Notes: generated from the sequence alone by a model not told the origin. 64,000 nt of DNA from an uncultured virus (IMG/VR IMGVR_UViG_3300010051_000002) (IMGVR_UViG_3300010051_000002:1-64000); one strand, 5' to 3'. Shown: positions 1-19,128, counted from the stretch's first letter. Made by a program: numbers and translations.

Positions 1-681
1 TTCTTCTTCTTCTTCCTTTTGTTGATTGTTCTTTTGATTTGACAATTTTTTTTTAACCTTCGAGTACGTATTAACAACATTGTTTTTATCGTTCATCTGA
101 ATTAATTCTTCAAAATCATCAAACATAAATGCAACCTGATTGTTAATTCTTCTCTTATCTGTGATATAATCAGTGCCTATTTCCTGCACAGGTTTGCAGT
201 ACCCAACATAACATGCTATATTCTGACTATTTCTAGACTTTTGAAATATCTGTTTTATCTTATCTTCTGTATACGGTTCATAGAAATCATTTTGTGTTTC
301 AACCAGTTCAATATCTGTTATCTGGTTTTGACTGTTTTTATGTTTTGTAGTTTGTGGTGCATTTTCTACCCCTATCTTTTCAACATGAGGGCATTTAACT
401 AGATTGCCTTCGTAGTCGTATGTTTTGCTTGTTTGGTACCAAACCAGAAATTCTTTATTATTATCACGATTTTTTAAACGGTAAACCTTTGCAACCTGTA
501 CTATTTCCTGATCTGGTCGTTCTGTTCTTAATTTGTTATAGGTAATGTAAGATTTTTCTTTCTTATCAAATTCAAATGTGTAACCTGCTTTAACTGCGTT
601 CTTTCTTCTAATTTGTAAACCTAGTGGAACATTACTTAAATCCTGTTCTGCTTTTGGGATGTTTTTAGTTAAAATACCCAT
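1..681 (-). CDS. Hypothetical protein, runs off the window start (partial)
   Basis: ATG at 681 on the minus strand, read by eye as open to position 1 (MGILTKNIPKAEQDLSNVPLG...); absent from the ORF track because no stop lies in the window; TATA-like TTATATATAA at 700-709. Confidence 0.7.
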   Translation of the reverse strand, partial: MGILTKNIPKAEQDLSNVPLGLQIRRKNAVKAGYTFEFDKKEKSYITYNKLRTERPDQEIVQVAKVYRLKNRDNNKEFLVWYQTSKTYDYEGNLVKCPHVEKIGVENAPQTTKHKNSQNQITDIELVETQNDFYEPYTEDKIKQIFQKSRNSQNIACYVGYCKPVQEIGTDYITDKRRINNQVAFMFDDFEELIQMNDKNNVVNTYSKVKKKLSNQKNNQQKEEEEE

Positions 682-731
682 GCTCTTATTTTACAGAAAT
701 TATATATAAAAAGATACGCAAGAGTAAATAC

Positions 732-1205
732 ATGCGTGTATATGTGGATTTCTATTATTTGATTGATACCATTGCAGGGTTATATCGTGATAATCCATAT
801 GTACTATGTGTTAATTATAACAACCTAAACAATTCAAAAACTGGTGCAATATATCTTATTGATAACAAGAAAGTAGATTTTAACCGAATGGGAATTAAAT
901 TTATAACTATAGATTTAGATGAAGAATTCTTAGATTTTTATTTAAGGAACGTTAGGAATCCTGTATACGATAAGATAGATTTACGAGCTGTATATTTTAT
1001 CAATAAACTTGAACCAGAAGATAAAAAATATTTTATTAAATGGGTTAGGGATGGTAAATTTATATTTTCTAAAAATAGAATTTGTGATTATTATACTTAT
1101 TTAGAGATAGATAGAAACGTTAGGGTATCATGTACCAATGATGCGTTTTCCAAAAAGGAAAATGATAAAAAATATTATTGCCTTCAACATATCGCAATTA
1201 CCTAA
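732..1205 (+). CDS. Hypothetical protein (157 aa)
   Basis: ORF track; divergent from the 681 ORF across a shared TATA-like element. Confidence 0.6.
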   Translation: MRVYVDFYYLIDTIAGLYRDNPYVLCVNYNNLNNSKTGAIYLIDNKKVDFNRMGIKFITIDLDEEFLDFYLRNVRNPVYDKIDLRAVYFINKLEPEDKKYFIKWVRDGKFIFSKNRICDYYTYLEIDRNVRVSCTNDAFSKKENDKKYYCLQHIAIT

Positions 1206-1238
1206 ACATTTTTTATATAACTATGTCAAACATAAAGT

Positions 1239-1964
1239 ATGAGTAACAACAATCAACCAAATGGTGAAAATAATCAGGCTACTCGAAATTCAAGACGGGA
1301 AACGAGATCTGGTTTAGCAAATGCAACAGGTGGTAACACTGTTGCTGAAACTCCAACAGTAGTTACTACTGGTCAAGGTCAAGCAGGTACAACTGGCACA
1401 GGAACGGGTAATGCTGGGAATGTAGTAACAAATGAAAATAGAGGATTAAATGTCAATCCTGCAAATACAGGAAATCAAAATGTTCCAAATATCAATAATC
1501 CTTATGCCAATGTACGAACTGCTTCAGTTTTTAATGAAGAAAGTTTGCAGAAGGCAACAGCAGGAAAGAATAAGGTAGCATCAAATCCTTTTGCTGATGG
1601 TGATGGTGGTGGTGAGCCAAATACCAATAATACAAATGGTAGAGTAAAATTAGATAAAACCCAACTAGACAATCATACCAGATTTCTGTTAAGGCATTAT
1701 CTAGAGCTTGCCAATCCTGTATATGAACAGGAAGATGTAACTATAACAGTTAAGCGAAGAAATGGAGCAACAGAAGATGTTACACGAAAGAAACCAGTGT
1801 TTAAGGGGTATGATTTCTATGCAGTAAATGGGGAAAGTTTTGATAAATGGATTACAGAAAATATTGGAGCAGGTTTTAAGGTTGATCCAATGACCAAAGA
1901 AATTTACAAAGAGGGTAATGCTGTTAATCAGACAGATACCCAAATAAAAAATAATAACGGTTAA
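1239..1964 (+). CDS. Hypothetical protein with low-complexity N/T/G-rich N-terminal half
   Basis: ORF track; TTTATATA at 1212-1219 upstream. Confidence 0.7.
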   Translation: MSNNNQPNGENNQATRNSRRETRSGLANATGGNTVAETPTVVTTGQGQAGTTGTGTGNAGNVVTNENRGLNVNPANTGNQNVPNINNPYANVRTASVFNEESLQKATAGKNKVASNPFADGDGGGEPNTNNTNGRVKLDKTQLDNHTRFLLRHYLELANPVYEQEDVTITVKRRNGATEDVTRKKPVFKGYDFYAVNGESFDKWITENIGAGFKVDPMTKEIYKEGNAVNQTDTQIKNNNG

Positions 1965-2494
1965 GGTATCTGACTGCTTTCTTCAATCAATATTTTTTCA
2001 AAATGCTGGGTGCATCTAACTGCTACCTTTAATCTATAAACATAATTATTTCCTTCATCCTGTTCTGTTGCGTTATTATTAATAAAGGTCATTAAGAAAA
2101 TTCCTTTATCTTGCAGTGCTAATCTATTTCCATTAATAATATCTCTTACAATATTCCGCATTGTTATCAAATCTTGTGGTACATCATCAACAAAATTATT
2201 GATATGTCTTACTTCTAGTTTAATGCCTACTTTTGTTATTTCCCTAGTCAGTGTATCATTTGTTTCTAAACTGGTAGTTTCCGATCCATCCCAATAACAT
2301 TTTAACGCATTTTTAGCAGTGGTAGAAACGTTCTGTTTTATCTTGTAACTGAATTTTATTGTATTTTTATTCAGTAGTGTATTGTTCCAGTTATCAAAAA
2401 GAAATTTTTCAACTAATTCGTGGGGTGGAATTTTTATATTTGGATCGTTAACATCAACAATGCCAGTTGGTTTGAATCTAACAATTACTGCCAT
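1961..2494 (-). CDS. Putative tail terminator/tail completion protein
   Basis: 177 aa, adjacent to tail tube; alpha/beta pattern ending in a beta strand (YVYRLKVAVRC) resembles lambda gpU/SPP1 gp17-like proteins; mainly positional inference. Confidence 0.5.
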   Translation of the reverse strand: MAVIVRFKPTGIVDVNDPNIKIPPHELVEKFLFDNWNNTLLNKNTIKFSYKIKQNVSTTAKNALKCYWDGSETTSLETNDTLTREITKVGIKLEVRHINNFVDDVPQDLITMRNIVRDIINGNRLALQDKGIFLMTFINNNATEQDEGNNYVYRLKVAVRCTQHFEKILIEESSQIP

Positions 2495-2497
2495 TAT

Positions 2498-2989
2498 CTA
2501 GGTCCAAACCCCACGTTCATAACCTGACCAATCTTCCCCATAAATAGTATCATATTCACCATAAGGTGCATCAGGTGACATAAACGGTTTTTTGTTTCTA
2601 TTCTTGTAGTAATTTGCTTCTTCAACTCCTGCAATTATAAGAATATTACCTTCATCATCATCAGTTGGTAAGCCTTCATTTATCGCTTCGCATAATTTAA
2701 TGGCAATATTTCTGTATGTAATGTATAATGGAGTACCACCATCATTATCACGTATAGTTTTTGGTATCAGGTTACTTGCTGCAAAAAAGTTTGCTGCTTC
2801 TCTTGCTCGGTAAAATTGTTTATCTGTTATTTCCCAATCAAATTTGTTTGTTATAAGGCAAACTTCAGAATTACCAAACATCAAACTTTCAGTTACTTTT
2901 TCATCACTGTATTCCTGTGCAGTAATTCCTTCTACTAAATCCCTAACAGCTTGCATTACTGCAAGATTTGTTGGTATTGGACTACTCAT
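2498..2989 (-). CDS. Putative head-tail adaptor (neck) protein
   Basis: 163 aa, helical; 'AVRDLV...YSDEKVTESL...REAANFFAASNL' resembles SPP1 gp15/HK97 gp6-type adaptors; next to tail genes. Confidence 0.5.
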   Translation of the reverse strand: MSSPIPTNLAVMQAVRDLVEGITAQEYSDEKVTESLMFGNSEVCLITNKFDWEITDKQFYRAREAANFFAASNLIPKTIRDNDGGTPLYITYRNIAIKLCEAINEGLPTDDDEGNILIIAGVEEANYYKNRNKKPFMSPDAPYGEYDTIYGEDWSGYERGVWT

Positions 2990-3089
2990 ATATTATTAAA
3001 ATAAATATCGTTCTATTTCACAGTTTAGTTAGTTTTTCATTCTCAAAATCCCTTAATTTTTATATATTAAAACAATTCAAATCTATTAT

Positions 3090-4010
3090 ATGGCAACACC
3101 TAGACCAAGTATGTCTGCAACCGATGGAGCTCTTGCTATGGTTACAATGACAGATTTTGATAGTGCTTTAGTAGATCCAGTATGGGATGCAGTAGGTTTA
3201 ACTACTGATTGGCGTGTAGATCCTGCAAAGGAACATCAACTAGCATTTTATGGTGGCAGGCGTAGACTTGCAAATGATATTAAAATTGGGGAAGCATATA
3301 CTGCATCTTTTTCATTAGATGTTGAAGCAGTTGGGCTTGCAATGTATGACAGAGTTACTAAAGATCTTAATGGAACAGGAACAGCAGAAGAGGTTTTAGC
3401 CTTTGCATGTAGGGTAAAATATGCTGGAACAGACTTTTATTATCTATTAAAAGGTGCATTACTTAATGAAGTTACTCTTACAATTGCAAGAGATATTGTT
3501 AAGGCAACCTTTTCTGTTATGATTTTAACGAGTGTTGATATTCTCACACTAGCAGAATTCAGAACTGCAACAGGCTTAGATGTAGCAGAGAATCCAGTAT
3601 TTAATGCTCCACCTGCTCCCGAACCATTCACGCATTTGTCACCTGGAGCTGGAGTTATTCCTTGCACATTTAACGGAGTAGAAAAGGGTATCATTTCAAT
3701 TGCGATCACACATACCAACGGTGTACAACCAATTAGATGTACCAATGATGTTATCGCTTCTGGTGGTGCAATAGGGCATCAATCGGTACGGTTGACTATT
3801 ACTGTCTATGAAAATACTAGGGAATTCTTTCAGGGAATGAAAGCAGATACTTACTATGATATTGTGTATAAGATCAATACCACACAGCAAATAACAATGG
3901 ATGATTTCAAGATTAACGGGCATCCTATTGCTCACCCACAAACTTCTGAAGATCTTGGAACAATCGGTTTAACCCTAGACGGTCCAGCAGCAATTTTAGG
4001 AACTATCTAA
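3090..4010 (+). CDS. Major tail tube protein (siphovirus-type)
   Basis: 306 aa with two beta-rich halves; precedes a frameshifted chaperone pair and the tape measure; TATA at 3059-3066. Confidence 0.7.
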   Translation: MATPRPSMSATDGALAMVTMTDFDSALVDPVWDAVGLTTDWRVDPAKEHQLAFYGGRRRLANDIKIGEAYTASFSLDVEAVGLAMYDRVTKDLNGTGTAEEVLAFACRVKYAGTDFYYLLKGALLNEVTLTIARDIVKATFSVMILTSVDILTLAEFRTATGLDVAENPVFNAPPAPEPFTHLSPGAGVIPCTFNGVEKGIISIAITHTNGVQPIRCTNDVIASGGAIGHQSVRLTITVYENTREFFQGMKADTYYDIVYKINTTQQITMDDFKINGHPIAHPQTSEDLGTIGLTLDGPAAILGTI

Positions 4011-4077
4011 TCTTTTTTATTTTTTCAATTCTTAACTAAACTTATATAATTAGTAACCAGTTTTTTTACTGTACAAC

Positions 4078-4782
4078 ATGAGTACACAAAATAATAACAA
4101 TACTAAAGAACAATTTAGAAAGTTAGATCCCGATTCATTACCATTTCCAGTTGAGGGTATGCGTGGATTAAGTGATACAGAGAAGAAAGAAATTAGTGCA
4201 GAAATGGAACGTGAGAAGAAAGAAGAAGCACGAATAAAACAATTGAAAGAAGCAGCAACATTTCCACACTTACCAAAAGATCCTGCATATAGAGCAGTAC
4301 CGGAAGATATTCTAACGATAAATGAATTTAACAAGAATCTAGAAACATCAACCAGAATTATGATTAACGTTGCACTGGGTGAATACTGTATTGTACGTGA
4401 AGTAGATGATCAGGGTAATGATCATAATAGGCAACTGCTTTTCAAAAGGGTAACCTATGATGAATATGGTGAATACCAAGAGATTCAGGAAAAAATAGAT
4501 GATTTGAATAACCGTATCAATCTATTGCGTTCACTGGTAGATAAGACAGAGCAAACCTTTGATAGAATACGAGAGTATCAAAAACAGCTCAAGGGAATAG
4601 TAGATGAAAAAGCAGAAAAAGGATTAAAAACATTTTTCAAGCCTAATGATATTCAAAAGGCAATTTTAACAAATAAGAAAAACTTTGATTACAACGATCT
4701 ACTACTATCTGTTGAAATCGGTTACTTTAGGTACACACGATCCCCTTTCTTGAGGTCGATCAGCTCTTCAAGCAGTACTTGA
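4078..4782 (+). CDS. Tail assembly chaperone (gpG-like)
   Basis: Between tail tube and tape measure; coiled-coil; ends in a low-complexity SISSSSST tail just after a slippery heptamer. Confidence 0.65.
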   Translation: MSTQNNNNTKEQFRKLDPDSLPFPVEGMRGLSDTEKKEISAEMEREKKEEARIKQLKEAATFPHLPKDPAYRAVPEDILTINEFNKNLETSTRIMINVALGEYCIVREVDDQGNDHNRQLLFKRVTYDEYGEYQEIQEKIDDLNNRINLLRSLVDKTEQTFDRIREYQKQLKGIVDEKAEKGLKTFFKPNDIQKAILTNKKNFDYNDLLLSVEIGYFRYTRSPFLRSISSSSST

Positions 4783-4805
4783 TCGGGATTCTACCCGATA
4801 AGTAC
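4743..4805 (+). promoter_or_regulatory. Programmed -1 ribosomal frameshift signal (slippery CCCTTTC plus downstream hairpin)
   Basis: X XXY YYZ heptamer in the correct frame; hairpin GTACTT-G-ATCGGG/ATTCTA/CCCGAT-AAGTAC at 4775-4805. Confidence 0.6.
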
Positions 4806-5048
4806 AGACCGTACCTTAACAGACCATTTTTTGAGGTAATAAAAATAGGTACAATGGCTGAAGATATGAATATGACACCTAAAGAAATTTGTGAGGTATT
4901 GAGCAATAACAGAGGTTATTACAAGGAAGTTTTTGATTATTTTACATTTGCCAAAGCAAAGATACGGGCAGCAAGACAGTATAGAAACCCTGATTATAAG
5001 AAGGCTAAATTCATGGAATTCTTTCAGGAATTTATGGGTGGAGGTTAA
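4743..5048 (+). CDS. Tail assembly chaperone gpT-like part, reached by -1 frameshift (gpGT fusion)
   Basis: The -1 frame is open from 4731 (TAG at 4728-4730) through the tracked TTG ORF 4779..5048; C CCT TTC heptamer at 4743-4749. Confidence 0.6.
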   Translation, partial: PFLEVDQLFKQYLIGILPDKYRPYLNRPFFEVIKIGTMAEDMNMTPKEICEVLSNNRGYYKEVFDYFTFAKAKIRAARQYRNPDYKKAKFMEFFQEFMGGG

Positions 5049-5049
5049 A

Positions 5050-5072
5050 TTTGCGAAGATCTTCTTCGCAAA
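5050..5072. repeat. 23-bp palindromic element copy 1 (TTTGCGAAGA-TCT-TCTTCGCAAA)
   Basis: 10-bp perfect inverted repeat with 3-nt core, between convergent stops at 5048 and 5074. Confidence 0.95.
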
Positions 5073-5073
5073 A

Positions 5074-5418
5074 TTATCTGAATTTTAATTTAGTTACTGC
5101 TTGTCCTGTTAAGTTTGAGCTTTCAGAAACCATTGCATTATACATAAATTTTATTCCCTTTAATCCTCTTGATGTTCCTTCTTCCTGCCATCTAGAGTAA
5201 TTAACTGAAGCGTAAACCATATAACCATTCTGTATTCTAGTAACAATAATACCACTTCTCAATGCTCCTGTTTTAACTGGTGCATGTGCTTTTGCTTCAC
5301 GCATTATATTATTTGCTGATTCTTGAAGTATACTGTCAACTTCTTGTGGTAACGAATTAACCCAACTTTTAAAACGAGAAATATCACCTGCTGGTGAAAC
5401 ATATTTTAATTTAATCAT
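5074..5418 (-). CDS. HK97 gp10-like neck/tail completion protein
   Basis: Motifs 'EAKAHAPVKTGALRSGI', 'VNYSRWQEEGTSR' and 'KFMYNA' match the HK97 gp10 family pattern. Confidence 0.85.
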   Translation of the reverse strand: MIKLKYVSPAGDISRFKSWVNSLPQEVDSILQESANNIMREAKAHAPVKTGALRSGIIVTRIQNGYMVYASVNYSRWQEEGTSRGLKGIKFMYNAMVSESSNLTGQAVTKLKFR

Positions 5419-5493
5419 TTTTCTAATTCTGATCCGTTAAAGATGGTTATATGTTTAATAGCGTTGAAACGTTTTTTAATTTAGAAATTATCT

Positions 5494-14163
<8,670 letters not shown>

Positions 14164-14207
14164 CCACATACTTTTTTATAATAACAAAATTAATTTTATA
14201 TTATAAG

Positions 14208-17200
14208 TTGTCTGTTACTAGAGATCTATTAGCTCGAAGGTTACGAGCTCCACAGGAAAAAATGCTACATGATATTAATCAGATGTTAGCAGATCAGGCA
14301 GCAGAAAATATCAATGTAGTAACATCTAACTTAAAGGGTTATGCAATTAAACCAGCAACCACTACCAAATCAAGAGATAAGTATTATGCATATGTTAGAC
14401 CAATAACATCAGATAAAAATTATTACACTGGTAAATACCCCGATTATGATAATTGTAGGCTTTTTATACGGAGTGAAAATTTTGGTAAGGTTTTTGATTA
14501 TTCTCTTCAGGGTAATCAAGCAAAGGTATTATCTGATGTAATGATTCAGGAAGTACTAGTTCGTGAAGAAGAAAATAATATGCTTGGTGCAGAATTTGTT
14601 TCTTACTTTAATGGTAGTCATTGGATCAACGTTTCTGATGATAGAAAGATAAGCATTAAAGATATTATTGTTGATACCCCTGAAAAAGATGGTTTTTGTT
14701 TTGTTAAACGTTTTAATCCTCTTAGATATGGTAATTCTTCGGCTGATTCTATTGTATTAACACAAAAGACTGATACCAGCCAAAATAAATACGGTTATTC
14801 TCTTAATCTTGATGATAAAGGTAATCTTTTCTTTTATGTTGCTTTTAATTACAGGGTTTATCATGTTGTGTTAAAAGATGCATTTCAAATTAATTTGGGT
14901 AATGTAGATTTCTATTATCAGAACTTTAACCCCAAGAATTTCAAAACAGAAATTGATAGTGTAGAAGAATGGGCTAAAACAATGTATGATGTTGCTTGTT
15001 CATTTGACTTTACTACAAAAGAATGTAAAATAAGATTAAGATGGAAAGATAAAAATGGAGTTGAGCAACTTTTAACAGCATCATCAGTTAATTCTTTATC
15101 AACAAATTTACAGGTTAATCTACCACTTCAGGAAGGTAAATGGACAGAAACAGAAGATACCCCACTAAATGTTGTTTATGATTCTAAAAATAACTTTATT
15201 GTTCCAATAACTAACCCAACTTTAACAGGTACATGGCAAAATGATAATACTTTTAAAAATTCTAAAGCAGCAAGTGGTACTTACTTTTCTATTGCAAATC
15301 ATGCATTACTAAACGGTTTCACAGAATTTACGATTTCATTATGGGCTAAATTTGATAATCTTACTAATGATGGTTCATTTCGTTCTTTATTTAATAAAGG
15401 ATGGGGAGCTAATGGGGGGATTATTATCTATAGAGGTACCAACAGTGGTAATATATCGGTTGAATTTAGAACTGATGCAGGTACTAGACCGTCAGTAACT
15501 TTTACCAATGTAGTTCAAAGTCCTACTACATGGTATCATATTGTGGTTAGATGGAAATCAGGTGAGAATTTGAAAATGGCTATAAATGGAGTGGAATCTT
15601 TAAGCTCAATTACTGCTTCTGGTACAATTACAAGTAGTTCTAATTTAAGGGTACATGATGCTGTAACCGATGATATGACCATTGTTAATTTTATGATGTG
15701 GAATAGACAGATAACCCCAGCAGAAGTTGCAGACTTGTATTATTATGGACCGCATATGTCACAATTTCCAACAAATAAAGAACCGCAGCGTACCCCTTCT
15801 GGTTCACCAGCTCCTATTACAAACCCATTTGCAATACTTTATGATTTACCAAAAAAATCAGGTACACTTACATCAGCAGATTATACTTTTTTGAATAATC
15901 CAAGTGCAGCAAATCCTTTCGAGTCTAAATATAATATTGCTGCTGGTACTCCTGAAAATATTCCAAAAGTAACGCCTTACAACGTTCCTGATGGTGGTGG
16001 TACTATTGCAGATCCATATGTTTTGCAATCTGAGTTAACAACCAGTGATAATTCATATGTTCAACTTTCTAGTAATGACAACAGAGCTGGAGCTGTAGAA
16101 ATTACTAATACTGGTAGTGGTAGAGGTTTGGCATTATATAATAAAGCATTTACTAAAGTAGGATTTTGGTTTAAAAGAGTTACAAGCTCAATTGGAGGAA
16201 CTTTATATTGTAGAATATGGAATTCTTCTGATGCTGTTGTAGGAACGATAGGGTCAAAAACAAATCTTATTTCATTATTACCTACGACTGACTGGACCTA
16301 TTTAGAATTTGTAAATAATGCTAATACTTACAAACTAACAGGTAGTGGTTATAAAATTGGAATTGAATATGTTTGGGCTAGTAGTGGCGAACAAATCAAT
16401 ATGCAACGAAGTAATGAAAATCTTGATTCTACTATAGCGATGGCTTCGATGAATTACGGATCGAGTGATTTTAACACTGGTACTGGTAATGATGTAGCAT
16501 ATCGTGTTTATACTGGTCAAGGTACTGCTGCTGCAAATCCTTGGTACTCAATGAGTTATGGAAACTACAAACGATTTGCACAGTATATTGGTACAGGTGA
16601 TTCAATGATTGGGAAAGCTCCAAGTGAAGCAACATATAAAATGTATAGGGATTCAGGAACAATTTCAGGTAATCTTAGATGGAAAATTTGGAAGTCTAAC
16701 GGAACAATAATAACACTTGCTGCTGCTGCACTTGCTGTATCATCAATAACAACCACAACGACAGGTACAGTATACACTTTTCAAGATTTTGATAATCCAT
16801 ATACACTTGCTGCTGGTGATCGTTTGGGTATAGAATGGGAATCACAACCACTTAGTTCTGCGAAAGTGTACATAATGACCAACTATAACAACAATGCAGG
16901 ATCGAATAATTATAACGGTAATGCTTCATATTTCCATCTTTATCAATCATCATGGACTGGTGCAAACAGTCTTGATACAAGTGGCACATTAAGTTACGGT
17001 GGTTATTCATTTACCGCTATTTTTAAATTTACAAATACAGTTACAAGGGTAGGACAGAGAGCGGTAAATAACAGTGCATCATTTTGGAGTCAATTAATAA
17101 CAAGAGCAGTACCAAAAATAAAAAGAACGGGTACTATACCAGCTCCATCTACCATAACCTGTACCATAAGAAGGCAATCAGATAATGCTGTTCAAAAAAC

Positions 17201-18158
17201 AATAGGAACATTTGATGCTAATTCAATTTCAACTGCTACATTTGAAGATGTTCCGTTTACAAATATAGGTAGTGATTATATTATTGCGGTAGGTGATTAT
17301 ATCTGCTTTGAGCTAACAAGCTGTACTACAACACAGTATATTGAATTTGCAATTAACAAGGATGTAGGAACAAATACGTTATTAGTACAACATTCTTCTA
17401 ATGTAACTTCTGATGTAGCACAGTATGATCTGTCTGGTCAATTTTACATAGGTGGGCAAATAGATGCAACAAGTCGTACAAGGGTAGGGCAATATATCAA
17501 TACTCAAAATTCTTTGTTTATGACTACTGATGATAATAAGATAACCGTTTTAGAGGTACCGATGTATAAGCGAAATGCTCCAACAGGAATGATTTATTTT
17601 AACATCAGGGATGAAAATGATGTTGCAGTTAAAACATTAGGACAGATACCAGCATCAGGGTTATCTACCGATCCAGCTAATCCTACAATAGTGTATATTG
17701 AGGATCTCAATAATACTTACATTTTGGCAGCAAAGAATTTCATTTCAATTGAATTTGAAGGTGGGGATTCTGATGATCAGGTGGGAGTGCATACAAGAAC
17801 ATCAACATATGATGGTAACAATTCCTATCTTGCAAGATACAACGGTATTGATTATGATTATGATACTACAAAAAATCTAGTAGCATTGATAAAGACTGGT
17901 GGTAATACATACACTCCTGATCCAGCAGATTTACCCCCTGATATGCCACAGTCAGATACGGATCTTTACATTGGTATATCTGGTGATTTTGAAGGTGAAT
18001 ATACAATTGAGATTTTTGATCTCTTTGTATTTACAACTGAATTGTTAACCGATGATGAACTAGATAATTTTTACTTTACCAGAAATGATTTTGAAAGTAA
18101 TGCATGGGATGAAATACTTATTACTAATCATTCATTCATTAACGTTGAGGAATCTTAA
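14208..18158 (+). CDS. Large virion adhesin/tail-tip protein with LamG (concanavalin-like) domains and four beta-sandwich repeats
   Basis: LamG hallmarks 'FTISLWAKF...WYHIVVRW...MAINGVE...WNRQITPAEVADLY'; four ~150-aa repeats with 'RVGQ...I.IE'; directly follows TMP; TTG start. Confidence 0.75.
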   Translation: MSVTRDLLARRLRAPQEKMLHDINQMLADQAAENINVVTSNLKGYAIKPATTTKSRDKYYAYVRPITSDKNYYTGKYPDYDNCRLFIRSENFGKVFDYSLQGNQAKVLSDVMIQEVLVREEENNMLGAEFVSYFNGSHWINVSDDRKISIKDIIVDTPEKDGFCFVKRFNPLRYGNSSADSIVLTQKTDTSQNKYGYSLNLDDKGNLFFYVAFNYRVYHVVLKDAFQINLGNVDFYYQNFNPKNFKTEIDSVEEWAKTMYDVACSFDFTTKECKIRLRWKDKNGVEQLLTASSVNSLSTNLQVNLPLQEGKWTETEDTPLNVVYDSKNNFIVPITNPTLTGTWQNDNTFKNSKAASGTYFSIANHALLNGFTEFTISLWAKFDNLTNDGSFRSLFNKGWGANGGIIIYRGTNSGNISVEFRTDAGTRPSVTFTNVVQSPTTWYHIVVRWKSGENLKMAINGVESLSSITASGTITSSSNLRVHDAVTDDMTIVNFMMWNRQITPAEVADLYYYGPHMSQFPTNKEPQRTPSGSPAPITNPFAILYDLPKKSGTLTSADYTFLNNPSAANPFESKYNIAAGTPENIPKVTPYNVPDGGGTIADPYVLQSELTTSDNSYVQLSSNDNRAGAVEITNTGSGRGLALYNKAFTKVGFWFKRVTSSIGGTLYCRIWNSSDAVVGTIGSKTNLISLLPTTDWTYLEFVNNANTYKLTGSGYKIGIEYVWASSGEQINMQRSNENLDSTIAMASMNYGSSDFNTGTGNDVAYRVYTGQGTAAANPWYSMSYGNYKRFAQYIGTGDSMIGKAPSEATYKMYRDSGTISGNLRWKIWKSNGTIITLAAAALAVSSITTTTTGTVYTFQDFDNPYTLAAGDRLGIEWESQPLSSAKVYIMTNYNNNAGSNNYNGNASYFHLYQSSWTGANSLDTSGTLSYGGYSFTAIFKFTNTVTRVGQRAVNNSASFWSQLITRAVPKIKRTGTIPAPSTITCTIRRQSDNAVQKTIGTFDANSISTATFEDVPFTNIGSDYIIAVGDYICFELTSCTTTQYIEFAINKDVGTNTLLVQHSSNVTSDVAQYDLSGQFYIGGQIDATSRTRVGQYINTQNSLFMTTDDNKITVLEVPMYKRNAPTGMIYFNIRDENDVAVKTLGQIPASGLSTDPANPTIVYIEDLNNTYILAAKNFISIEFEGGDSDDQVGVHTRTSTYDGNNSYLARYNGIDYDYDTTKNLVALIKTGGNTYTPDPADLPPDMPQSDTDLYIGISGDFEGEYTIEIFDLFVFTTELLTDDELDNFYFTRNDFESNAWDEILITNHSFINVEES

Positions 18159-18161
18159 GAG

Positions 18162-19124
18162 TTGTCAGTTGTAGAAACAACATATCTTACTGGTACCAGA
18201 GTTACGGTAACAGGAGCAATGTTAAACAGGGTTTCTTGTATTTCAAAAATTGGTGATAATATACCCAACGTTCCAATGTCAGTTGGAGTACCATTAATTA
18301 AATGTCAGCAAGATGGCGGTAGTGGGTTATACAAGGAAAATAGACTATATCTAGCACGTTCCGATCTTTCAGGTTATGATCCAGTATTCCCAGTACATAC
18401 CCACGATCCAGATAACGCTTTTAATGATGGTGGTAGTCTTTATGATATTTTAAAGGCAAATAGTTATCATATTTTAGATTATTTTGATCCTCAAATGCTT
18501 ACAAAAAACTGGTATATAGAAAGTGATGAAGCAGCATCAATTGCAACGGTTGATGAAAGATTAAACGGTTCGTTATATATCAAGGGTACCAGCAATCAGG
18601 TTTCAACAGTAAACAAAGCATGGAACATTATGAAGGGAGGATTAAGATTAGATTTTTCATACCCATTTCTTTTCACAACCAAACTAACATTATCACATGA
18701 TACCAGTTTAGTCTTACGAGCAGGGGTAAATATGGCACTGGTACAAAATACTGGTGGTTTTCAAAATCAGGTAGGTATAGAAGGATGTACTTCTTCTTCT
18801 GCAAACTTTCAGGTAGTAACAGCTAACGGTAGCAATGCAAGAACAGGTGCAGTATTACCTAGTGCTTCACTGAGTTACGGATCACCTAAAGGTTATAAAA
18901 TAGAGTACCTTCCAGGTGATAGGGTATTATTTAGTGACGCATTGGGTAACGAAATATCAAAAACCGATGCCTTACCTACAATGAATTCAGGTAGTGATGG
19001 TGATGCAACTCTTAGATATGGATTGGTAACATCTAACAATGTTTCTAAAATACTAAAGATATTTTCAAGTAGGCTTGTTGGTAAAATATTTGATACTAGG
19101 GCTGCAATTGCGGGATGGTTATAA
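18162..19124 (+). CDS. Putative minor tail protein with lectin-like beta domain
   Basis: In tail cluster; C-terminal beta-rich region resembles those of 25605 and 26474. Confidence 0.5.
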   Translation: MSVVETTYLTGTRVTVTGAMLNRVSCISKIGDNIPNVPMSVGVPLIKCQQDGGSGLYKENRLYLARSDLSGYDPVFPVHTHDPDNAFNDGGSLYDILKANSYHILDYFDPQMLTKNWYIESDEAASIATVDERLNGSLYIKGTSNQVSTVNKAWNIMKGGLRLDFSYPFLFTTKLTLSHDTSLVLRAGVNMALVQNTGGFQNQVGIEGCTSSSANFQVVTANGSNARTGAVLPSASLSYGSPKGYKIEYLPGDRVLFSDALGNEISKTDALPTMNSGSDGDATLRYGLVTSNNVSKILKIFSSRLVGKIFDTRAAIAGWL

Positions 19125-19128
19125 TGAA

